Assembly (NCBI RefSeq): GCF_006345805.1
Contig: NW_021831889.1
Coordinates: 1-34,394, forward strand
DNA length: 34,394 nucleotides
Direction: 5' to 3'
Source: Octopus sinensis
Taxonomy: Eukaryota
Translations under genes and position numbers: made by a program
Notes under the pieces: generated by a model
The model's input: only the letters and a program-made list of their open reading frames with translations
The model's database searches: none
Told to the model about the DNA's origin: nothing
Shown: piece by piece, positions 24,726 to 34,394 of the stretch
Position numbering within the stretch: the first letter of the stretch is position 1
Layout of the letters: each line of letters opens with the position of its first letter

Positions 24726-25614
24726 CTTCTTCTTCTTCTTCTTCTTCTTCTTCTCATTCATCTCTTCTTCTCCCCATTCATCTTCTTCTTCTTCTTTTCC
24801 TCCTCCTCTTCCTTCTTCTTCATCTTCTTCTTTCTTTTCCTCCTCTTCCTTCTTCTTCTTGTTCTTCTACTTCCCCATTCTTCCCCTTCTTCCCTTTCTT
24901 CTTTTTCCTTCTTTCTTCGCCCCCTTCTCCTTCTACACTTTTTCCTTCTTTCTTCGCCCCTTCTCCTTCTTCTACACTTTCGTCTCTTCCCGCTCCCCTT
25001 TCTCACACTCCTTCTTCAGCATTTCATGCTGGTGCTTACTTTGATTAAAATATCTTTAATTAGTTTTAATTAATTATCTATTTCGCTTTTGCAACTTAAA
25101 TTAAATTGCAAATGAAACATGTACACATGCATGTTTATAAGTATGTGTATATACAAATGTGTGTATATGCACATACATATATATGTCAGCGTATACATAT
25201 ACATATAGGTACATACATAAACAGTGTATTTATATATATATATATATATATATATGTGTTTGTGTCTGGTTGGTAATATAATTATATGTGTGTGTGTGTA
25301 TTATATAGGTATATACACACACACACACACGCATGCACACACACACATATATATTATACAACTATATATATACATATATACACTCCTACCTATATATATG
25401 TATATATATATATAGCATATACATATACACACACAGATACATGTTTGTAGGACTAATCTCACACACAAAGGAGAGCAAAAAAGATATATATATATATATA
25501 TTGAATATACATACATATAAATACTTGCATTTGTACATACATTTATGCTTATATACGAACGTATATATACTTATTTTGCAATTTACCTATCAATCCATAT
25601 TATATGTATATATG

Positions 25615-25655
<41 letters not shown>

Positions 25656-25754
25656 TATATATATAATATTTTTTTATATATATGTATGTATATATATATA
25701 TTATATATATATATATATATATGTATAATGTTAATATATATATATATATATACA

Positions 25755-25794
<40 letters not shown>

Positions 25795-25880
25795 TGTGTG
25801 TGTGTGGTGTAGTGTGTGTGTGTGTGTGTGTGTATAATGCAGGAAGAGGAGAGAGGGAAAGAGAGAGAGAGAGAGAACAC
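24080..25880. repeat. Microsatellite field (TG, GCT, TTC, GTT, TA, GA)
   Basis: Direct reading. Confidence 0.9.
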
Positions 25881-26204
25881 ACCTGCATATGTGCATTGAT
25901 TACATAAAAAGAAATAAACAATTATACGCAATACATATTGTACAGTATAATTATTTAATCTGTTTTGTGGTGCCATCAAGTTTCGCTGTTTGGAATTTTC
26001 GCGTTTTCGCGTTGTCGCTTCTTTATTGAAATAACTGATAAAATGTATGACTTCCAAGAAAAGGTGGTAGAGAACTTTGAATTCGATACAGAAAACGTAA
26101 AATAAGCTAAGAGCCATTTAATTTAAGTCCGCCGGATGTAATTTCGGATGGGAGACGAAGTTTGGTTCTCACGTTAAACGACTTCCGGTCTTAAATATTT
26201 GTGA

Positions 26205-26405
26205 TTTCGCTTTCGTTTGTTTCAGTCATTGGACGGCAGCCATGAGGGGTGTGTGTAGGTGTGGGGTGTGTTGGGGGGAGGTTCCCTGCCTTGAAGGGTT
26301 TTAGTCGAAGAAATAAAGAACACAACGCAATGCTCCACCTGGGAATCGAACCCACGATCTCGTAATCATGAGCGCAACGCCATATCCACCGAGCCATGCG
26401 TCTTC
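26205..26405 (-). mobile_element. Internally deleted SINE: B/C-type head joined to an A-type tail
   Basis: 26310-26405 matches the heads at 18400-18494 and 23680-23782. 26215-26300 matches the A tail (TTTCAGTCATT...GCCATG...GCCTTGAAGGG). Confidence 0.55.
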
Positions 26406-26679
26406 ATATATATTCATAATATACGTAAGTGTTTGCCAGTGGGTGTGCATGCATTTGTGTGTGCGCCCGAGTGTGTGTGCGTGTGTGTTGTGTGTGTATG
26501 CAAATGAAAATCTCTTGTCAAAGAGGCCGGGGTGGGTCATCATGACCAGCTGACAAAACGCTACAGGGAAGATCAGGATGATGTTAACCTTTTCTACAGG
26601 CGAAACTCAGAGAAATCTCAAAGATCGCAAAATATAACGTACACCCCCATCTCTATCCTTGTATGCATTCTACGTATAC

Positions 26680-26769
<90 letters not shown>

Positions 26770-26975
26770 ATATATATATAATATATAATATATATATGTA
26801 TATCATAAGCAAAGTAGGTGTTTAGAAAACATCTATAATAGATGAAAACAGTAATTATACCAAGAAGTAATGTTTATCTCGCCACTTCAACATAGCTGTC
26901 CCGTAGGTACGGACGTTACTAGCATTTCAGTCCCAGGAGGATGCCTTCTTCAGCTGGTTGTCGATATATATACAT

Positions 26976-27032
<57 letters not shown>

Positions 27033-27164
27033 ATGCGTGTATGTATCATGTATGTACATATATACATACACTACATATGCATATATATATACATATATAA
27101 ATATGCATGTATGCATATGCATATATATAGATAAATATATATTGATATATATATATATATACAT

Positions 27165-27207
<43 letters not shown>

Positions 27208-27329
27208 ATATATATATATTATACATAGTATATATATACATACACACACACTATATATATATTGTCCTTATATATTTATGTATTCATTTATTCATATGCA
27301 TATATGTGTGTGTGTTTATGTATACATGC

Positions 27330-27360
<31 letters not shown>

Positions 27361-27614
27361 TGTATGTATTAAGCAATGAACAAAGAAAATAACACAATGC
27401 TACACGCGACGAACAAATGTCTGCTGACTGAAACAAAAGGTTGTGGCGAAGAAAACAAAAAAGAAAGAGAAAATGTTAAGGTCCCACGAGGCAATGTGGT
27501 GCTATGGGAGATTTGTGAGTGGAACAGGTGTAGGGACGGTGTGTAGATGAATAGGAGGCTCTCCGCGAATAGAGACTGGCATAGTGCATAGCGTGTACGT
27601 ATGTGTATGTATGT

Positions 27615-27662
<48 letters not shown>

Positions 27663-28158
27663 TGTGACAGTAGTGTCAGATCGATGTGTGCATCCGTGGG
27701 GAGGTGGGGGCTGCTGTAGTAGTAGTGTAATCGTGTAGCAGAATGGAGGAGAGGGAAGAAATGGAAAGATGATGTTTAGGTGTAATCGTATATTTTCATG
27801 TAAGAGAAAGAGCTGGGGGCGGGGGTGGGGTGGGGGGGAATGGGAGGAGAAGAGAGCAGTGGTGGTTGCAGGCGTGATTGTGAGGTTAAAAGGGGAGAAG
27901 GTAGGTGGAAGATGGTATTTTAGAAAATGACATTAATGTAAAACAAAAAAAAAAGAAAACTGTAAATAACAAAAATGTAACAAAGAATAAATGATAACAA
28001 TGGTGAATGTCGGGAGGTTATCTAACCGGCACAATGTCTCTTTCTCTCTCTCTTCTCTCTCTCCTCTCTCTCTCTCTCTCTATATATATATACTATATAT
28101 ATATATATACTATATAAACATATATATTTACATACATACTCGCATATATATATATATG

Positions 28159-28207
<49 letters not shown>

Positions 28208-28225
28208 CTACATATCATGCATACA

Positions 28226-28260
<35 letters not shown>

Positions 28261-28415
28261 TTATGTACATATATGTATTAATATGTATATATATGAATGC
28301 ATATATTATATGTATATATATGTATATAGATATGTGTGTGCGTATGCTTTCTAATTATCTTCAGAAAATGGCCAGTAGGGATATATATAACAAGTAGAAC
28401 GTATGTGCATGTATG

Positions 28416-28465
<50 letters not shown>

Positions 28466-28600
28466 TATATATATATATTGGTATCTGTATACATACATTT
28501 AGGTATATATATATATATAAATAAGTTTTGTGTGTATGTATGTCAATATATATGTATGAATGTGTGTATGTATGTATGTATATGTGTATGTATGTATGCA
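26680..28600. repeat. Microsatellite-rich region (TCTA, TA, TATG, TG, CT) with short unique spacers
   Basis: Direct reading. Confidence 0.85.
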
Positions 28601-28623
28601 TTTATGCATCTGCGGACGTATAC

Positions 28624-28889
28624 TTTCTAAAATATTGTCAGAAAAATGGCCGGCGGAAGTTGCTGCTAGCGTAATTTCTAATGAACTTCCTGCTTCTATC
28701 AGTTCTACTGATGTTCTTAATACAACAGTGACATCTCTCGGCGAGAAAGGATTAATCGCAATCAATAATTTACTATTACTGATGCATTCACCAATACGTG
28801 TCCAAACATAGAAAACGTTATTTGACAAGAAAAAATCGATGGCGAAAATTTTTAATAATTGATCGTCAGCGAATGGAATTAATTTCGTG
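28624..28889 (-). CDS. Candidate 266-nt coding exon of an unidentified gene (TKLIPFADDQLLKIFAIDFF...AATSAGHFSDNILE)
   Basis: Unique complex sequence between microsatellites. On the minus strand a (CT)n tract precedes ATTCAG|, there are 88 open codons, and the donor is AAA|GTATAC. The plus strand is also open (28642-28811), so strand is ambiguous. No homology was recognised. Confidence 0.3.
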
Positions 28890-28912
28890 CTGAATGTTCC
28901 AGGAATGTGACG

Positions 28913-28959
<47 letters not shown>

Positions 28960-29194
28960 AGAGAGAGGGAGGGAGAGAGAGAGAGTGACTGAGGGGTATG
29001 GGGAAAAGAGTAAGTGTGAAAGGTGGGACAAGAGGTGTAAAGGAGAAATAAAAACAACTGTAAAATAGAAAGGGTGATAACACAGAGTGAAAAAGTGGAT
29101 TTTTACATAATGATGCACATACTTCGTTCTCTATCTCCTAATAACTATATGTGTATCTCTACGCGTGTTGCATGTATGCTTTTCCGATATGAAT

Positions 29195-29237
<43 letters not shown>

Positions 29238-29900
29238 CATATACATGCAATTGTGTGTGTGCTATATATATATAAAGTTGTATTTATATATGCATATGCA
29301 TATGTATAAATGACTATATGCCCTGGTGTTATTAACTGCATGTCAGTGATCGAACGTATGGGTTCGGGTGCGGGCGCGGGCGCAAATTATAGAAAATTTT
29401 AAAATTTTCGATCAATTCTATTGAATATTATGTCCAGGTAAATAGCAATTTTCTAAAATCGAGAAAACAAATACGATGGAAACGTGGTTCGAATTTTTCA
29501 TTTATCGTCCAGGTTTTTTTTTCATCTCTTTTGTTTACATTTCTGTTTTCGTGTAAAACAACGGAATGATATTTCGCAAAATATTGTATACATGTTTAAC
29601 GCTTATTATTACTTCAGTATCACGGTTTTAACGAAATGTTTTCGGTTTGGATACAACGTTATTCAAAGGGTTTCGTGATTGTGGGTAAGCAAAATGAAAG
29701 CTGGGACCACGTAATGTGATGTCTTCCTTAGCAGTGCATTGTCTGTCTTCCTAAATGGCGATAGAAAGAATTACAAGCTTTACTGACAATTGGTTTTTAT
29801 TTTGGTTCCTTATCTATATGGAATAAATTATATGGCGTTTTTTGGTTAAGCTTTGGTTTCAGTATTAGTACCGTAATACGATATACTCTTTTACTCTTTC

Positions 29901-29952
29901 ACTTGTTTCAGTCATTTGACTGTATGGTCGCAGTCCAATGACTGAAACAAGT
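29901..29952. repeat. 22-bp near-perfect hairpin made of two inverted SINE A tail ends
   Basis: ACTTGTTTCAGTCATTTGACTG - TATGGTCG - CAGTCCAATGACTGAAACAAGT (21/22 paired). The arms match 10063-10086. Confidence 0.85.
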
Positions 29953-30200
29953 AAAGAAAATGAAAGAAAGTACTCACGGTATACACTGAAAAAGAAGGGA
30001 CATATGCATGGCATAGAAAGGTTTAAAAAAAAGTGTCAGGGAGGTTAACAGAGATGTGGCCCTTCTGATATGGGAAGGCCTCTAGAGATAATCGAGGAAC
30101 CCCACTGTCCGAGATTTCCCTGAAACCTCCAGAGCCGGTGTCCTCTCCAATTCCTTCTCTCCGACTCACAGGTTTACACTTAGAGAGGTACCATCCAGTT

Positions 30201-30414
30201 CCTTTCTACTAAAGGCACAAGGCCGGAAATGATGGCTGGAGTGGACTAGGCGATTACGTCGACCCCCAGTATTTCACTGGTACGTAATTTATCGGCTCCA
30301 AAGTCATGAAAGGCAAAGTCTACATTGGCAAGATCCGAACTGAGAACATAAAAACAGACAAAATACCGCTAAACATTTCGTCCGGTGTGCTAACGGTTCC
30401 GCCAGCACGCCGCC

Positions 30415-30480
<66 letters not shown>

Positions 30481-30719
30481 TAATAATAATAATAATACTT
30501 TCTTTGTAATCTCAAGTTTTAAAACAAACAATTTTCGTATGGTTTTTTAGGCATTCACTAGTACAACACTAAGTACAAAACCAAATATATGGCACCCTCG
30601 GCATAACGCCAGCATGGACTTCCAGCTTGTTGTCTCTTGAGGTCTCTGGGTGAGACTTGGAGCCAGCTTGTAAAGCAAAAGTCAAACATAGAATAATAAT
30701 AATAATAATAATAGTAGTA

Positions 30720-30773
<54 letters not shown>

Positions 30774-31023
30774 TAATAATAATAATAATTATAATAATAA
30801 TGATAATAAATATTATTATATAATTTCAAATTTTTGCCACAAAGGCAGCTTGAGTGTGGTGGGGATGAGTCGATTACAACGGCCCCAGTGTTCAGCTGGT
30901 ACTTATTTTATCGATCCAGAAAAGATGAAAGGCGGAATTTGAACTCAGAACGTTGCGATGGGCAAAATACCGTTAAATAATTTGTCCAGCATGCTAACGA
31001 TTCTACTAGCTCGCCGCCTTAGT

Positions 31024-31054
<31 letters not shown>

Positions 31055-31284
31055 ATAATACTAATAATAATAATAATAATAATAATAATAGCTTCAAATT
31101 TTGGCACAAAGACAGCCATTTTGGGGGAGAAAATCAAACGATTACATCGACCCTTGAACGCAGCTGGTACTTAATTTATCGACCCCAAACGGATGAAAGG
31201 CACAGTCGACCTTGATGGAATTTGAACTCAGAACGTAAACTCGGACGAAATACCACTAAGCATTTTTGTCCGGCTCGCTGCCTT
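30201..31284 (-). mobile_element. Stack of three SINE D copies (30201-30416, 30824-31020, 31091-31284) separated by (AAT)n/(AAC)n
   Basis: Each contains ATCGACCCC...GATGAAAGGC...ATTTGAACTCAGAAC...GCCGCCTT. Confidence 0.88.
30495..30690 (+). mobile_element. ~195-bp unique insert inside an (AAT)n tract; possibly the 3' end of an RLE-type element
   Basis: Flanked on both sides by (AAT)n. It begins ATACTTTCTTTGTAA (ILSL*), resembling the ORF end at 17795-17806 (TLSV*). Family assignment is inference. Confidence 0.4.
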
Positions 31285-32002
31285 ATAAGGCGGTAATATT
31301 GAATTGATAAATTAAGGGGAAGATTTAAGCGATGGTCGAGAAAAATTAGATTTGAAGTTAAGAAAGTATTTGAAGTTGTTTGAGGAGTCGGTGACACGTG
31401 AGAACGATACGGTTAGGGCAGGCGGACTGTGGGAATAGGAAATACAGTTTAGATAGGGAGGGCGATGGAGAATTCATACAGGTTTGAATGGGTGTACGCG
31501 AGTGGGGAAAGGACTGGAGTTGTGTCCATTGAAGTTAATAAGGATGATAGCTTCAACATCATTACACAAATTCACAATTCACACTCAGGCACACATATAT
31601 GTGTATATGTATGTGTATGTGCATTTGTGTGTATTTGTGTGTATATTTGTGTGTGTCTGCGCGAATGTGTTGGTGCTCCTCTTAATTAATACGCTCGAAC
31701 AAATATATTTACACTGCTGTAGTTGGGCCAATCCTAATTGTGTTTGCATTATTCATAAAGTAATGGCCGTTACGCTCGCTCACCGATCAGAGGACACTAA
31801 TCGAATCCTGGTAATGGCTGGAACAAAAGTCAAAATTAAACAATGAGTCGACCTGATATTTATCTCCGCTTTCTGAGAGCCCCATAGCTTCAAACTGGGT
31901 GTATTTTCAGGGCAGATAAAAGTGCATTATATATATATATATAAAGATTAAGTAATGTGCAAAATAATAAATGAAACGTATATATATACATACATATACA
32001 AA

Positions 32003-32458
32003 ATGGTTCCCAATCATATGATTCTGGGTTCAGTTCCACTGCATGCCACCTTAGGCAAGTGTTATATCTACTATAGCCTCGGGCCGACCAAAGCCTTGAA
32101 AGTGGATTTAGGAGACGGAAACTGAGAGAAACCCGTCGTATGTGTGTGTGCGTGTATATATGCATATATATATGTGTATATACATACATACATACATACA
32201 TGCATGCATGAATGCATACATACATAAATACATATGTCTACACATATATAATCATGTGTGTGTTTTTCTCCCATCATCGCTTGGTAACCGTTGTTGGTGT
32301 ATTTATGTCTGCGTTCGTAATCTACCTGTTCGGAAAAAAACAACCAATCGAATAAGTGTCAATCTTAAAAAATAACAAGTAATGGGATGGATTCGTTAGA
32401 GTAAAATTCTTCAAGTTAGAGCCCCAGCATGGCCGCAGTTTAATGACCTAAACAAGTA
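32003..32458 (+). mobile_element. Decayed SINE family A with an expanded internal microsatellite
   Basis: Matches 9700-10089. The internal (TG/TA/CATA)n spans ~32140-32260. Confidence 0.8.
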
Positions 32459-32545
32459 GAATTTGAACTCAGAACGTAACGGCAGACAAAATACCGCTAC
32501 GCATTGCGCCCGGCGTGCTAACGTTTCTGCCAAGCTCGCCGCCTT
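32459..32545 (-). mobile_element. SINE family D head fragment
   Basis: ATTTGAACTCAGAACGTAACGG...CGGCGTGCTAACGTTTCTGCCAAGCTCGCCGCCTT. Confidence 0.8.
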
Positions 32546-32837
32546 CCGCTTGACACATATAATACAATCTATATGATTATATTTTCAGACATACTTATTC
32601 ATTAACAATATTCCTTGAAATCATTAATACAATAGTATGTTTTATTGTCATTGATTTATAATAATCTTTTCCGTGTATTTGCATAAGCATTTCTCATGTT
32701 CCATGGCTTGGATTACTGACGGCTGTCAGTTGCTGTGAAACTGGCAACGGTTTTAGCTAAACCCATGTGACCTTATAATATGGATGGTGTGTGTATGAAA
32801 GGAGGTGTTCGATTATAACTACATATGAATCGAAAAC

Positions 32838-33118
32838 TGGTTTCTAACTTTGGCACAGGGCCAGAAAATTTTGGAGTAGGGGTAAGTCGGTCACATCGAC
32901 CCTAGTATTTAACTGGTACTTAGTTTATCGACCCCGAAGGGATGAAAGGCAATATCGATCTCGGTGGAAATTGAACTCAGAACGTAATGACGGATAAAAA
33001 GCCGATACGATTTCATTTTTTCCCAGCAAGCTAACTATTGGGTTGTCCGGAAAGTTCGTGCCGATTTATAGTAGCTTAACTTTCCGGACAGCCCAATATT
33101 TTGCCAGCTCGCTGCCTT
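32838..33118 (-). mobile_element. SINE family D copy interrupted by a MITE
   Basis: The SINE D sequence resumes (TTTTGCCAGCTCGCTGCCTT) after the 33038-33096 insert. Confidence 0.8.
33038..33096. mobile_element. 59-bp mariner-type MITE with TA target-site duplication
   Basis: TA | TTGGGTTGTCCGGAAAGTT ... AACTTTCCGGACAGCCCAA | TA. The 19-bp TIRs are 18/19 identical around a 21-bp core. Confidence 0.85.
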
Positions 33119-34006
33119 AGCGGTTTTATATACAGCGATTGTATCTCTTTGTTTTTTTTCCCTTGACGAATTCTATATTTTAAATATCCGAGCTTTGATA
33201 TTGTGCTCTCGCTTCGCTGTTTAAATGCCTAAAATGCATCTATGGTTGTTCGTCCTTATGTCCAGACGACCAAATTGATTACAGTTTCATTTAAGCATCA
33301 GATCTAATTTATTTCGGTTGCATCACATTTGATTTGCTTGGCTAGAAAGTATCCTATAGAGACAAGTACTATTGTCGAACGTTAATTTTCGGCAATTAGT
33401 TCAAATATGATGTAACGTCTATATGAGAGAAATGCATAGCTACCATCTGAAACATCGCTGTAGACATGTCTTCTTGTCTCCAGTGTAAACAGCGTTTTCA
33501 AACAGCGTTTTCAAACACCTACATACGTTTCCAGTTAAGTTCGCATGCAACACCGCTTTATTCAGGGAAGTATAATATATATTATAATATTATAATATAT
33601 TGATTGTATTAATAAATCTCTGAACAAGATGTAAACAGTAACCGCTCGACAACGTAAAGTGTACTAGCCATCTGAATGTGGCTAGCCACTGGGGGTGGGT
33701 GTTACTGGCGCTTTTAGCCCCAGGAGATCGACGTCTCCAGCTGGCCTTAGACACAATTTCAGTGTCCTTATGATATTTGCAAAGGGAGGTCATCCTCCCT
33801 CGAAAACCTAAGTGATACATACGGACTATCAGGAAACAGTAGGCATGAAAACTCCCCGTTGCCGTACAGAATAAGTACTTTGATGCTGTTACGTTCGATG
33901 CATTTTTATATAAACTGTACGAAAAATTTGCAATCGTGTAATTAGTTAATTTAAGTCTGAATCCAAAGGTGGAAACATGACACGTGATAATATGACACGA
34001 ATAGTA

Positions 34007-34394
34007 AGCCGGCAAGCTGGCAGAAACGTTAGCACGCCGAACGAAATGCTTAGCGTTATTTAGTCTGTCTTTACATTCTGAGTTCAAATTCCGCCAAATT
34101 CTGGGGAGGGGGCCCAGTCGATTAGATCGACCCAAGTACGCAACTATTACTTAAGTAATCGCCCCAGAAAGGATGAAAGGCTATGTCTGAGTTCAAATTC
34201 CGCCGAGGTCGACTTTGCCATTCATCCTTTCGGGGTCGATTAAATAAGTACCAGTTACGCACTGGGGTCGATGTAATCAACTTAATCCGTTTGTCTGTTC
34301 TTGTTTGTTCCCTCTATGTTTAGACCCTTGTGGGTAGTAAAGAAATAGGTATTTCGTCTGCTGTTACGTTCTGAGTTTAAATTCTGCCGCAATA
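34007..34394 (+). mobile_element. SINE family D with an inverted internal insert (34096-34185) and a further head fragment at the window end
   Basis: Head GCAAGCTGGCAGAAACGTTAGCACGCC...GAGTTCAAATTCCGCC. The 19-bp TCTGAGTTCAAATTCCGCC is duplicated at 34077-34095 and 34186-34204. Confidence 0.8.

Noticed and set aside
26915-26962. Possible fifth hammerhead on minus (CTGAAGA AGGCATCCTCCTGGGACT GAAA TGCTAGTA)
   Set aside because: Core spacing is suggestive, but stem II is poor and no stem I can form. At best it is a heavily decayed copy.
28735-28770. LLIAINPF resembling the myosin motor ILIAVNPF motif
   Set aside because: Flanking residues do not match the myosin context, and a short match is insufficient for a gene call.
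33590-34135. 181-aa minus-strand ORF
   Set aside because: It starts inside SINE D sequence at a non-ATG codon, with no recognisable domain or splice signals.

Overview
This is AT-rich, microsatellite-saturated eukaryotic non-coding DNA. The repeat content suggests an octopus/cephalopod genome, which is an inference from recalled repeat families. I found no confidently identifiable host gene, rRNA, intact tRNA or CRISPR, and almost every ORF in the track is a translated microsatellite or SINE. Supported content: a Tigger/pogo remnant (1.25-1.68 kb), a near full-length decayed mariner (1.87-3.11 kb), a 5'-truncated Tx1/L1-clade LINE (3.12-6.51 kb) with a second 3'-end copy in (TCTA)n, two fragments of R4/Dong-like (RLE-endonuclease) non-LTR elements, a 59-bp mariner-type MITE, and about 20 copies or fragments of 3-4 tRNA-derived SINE families (labelled A-D here). 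Two observations stand out. First, four different short ORF-less elements next to microsatellites each carry a minimal type I hammerhead ribozyme motif (6559-6650 minus, 9147-9184 plus, 18126-18171 minus, 22306-22351 plus); two have a complete catalytic consensus. Second, a homogenised 108-bp x ~12 minisatellite (15831-17110) is a tandemly amplified slice of a retrotransposon RLE-domain coding sequence and stays open as a 36-aa repeat in one frame. Three weak candidate exons are noted, but the host gene and its strand are unresolved.
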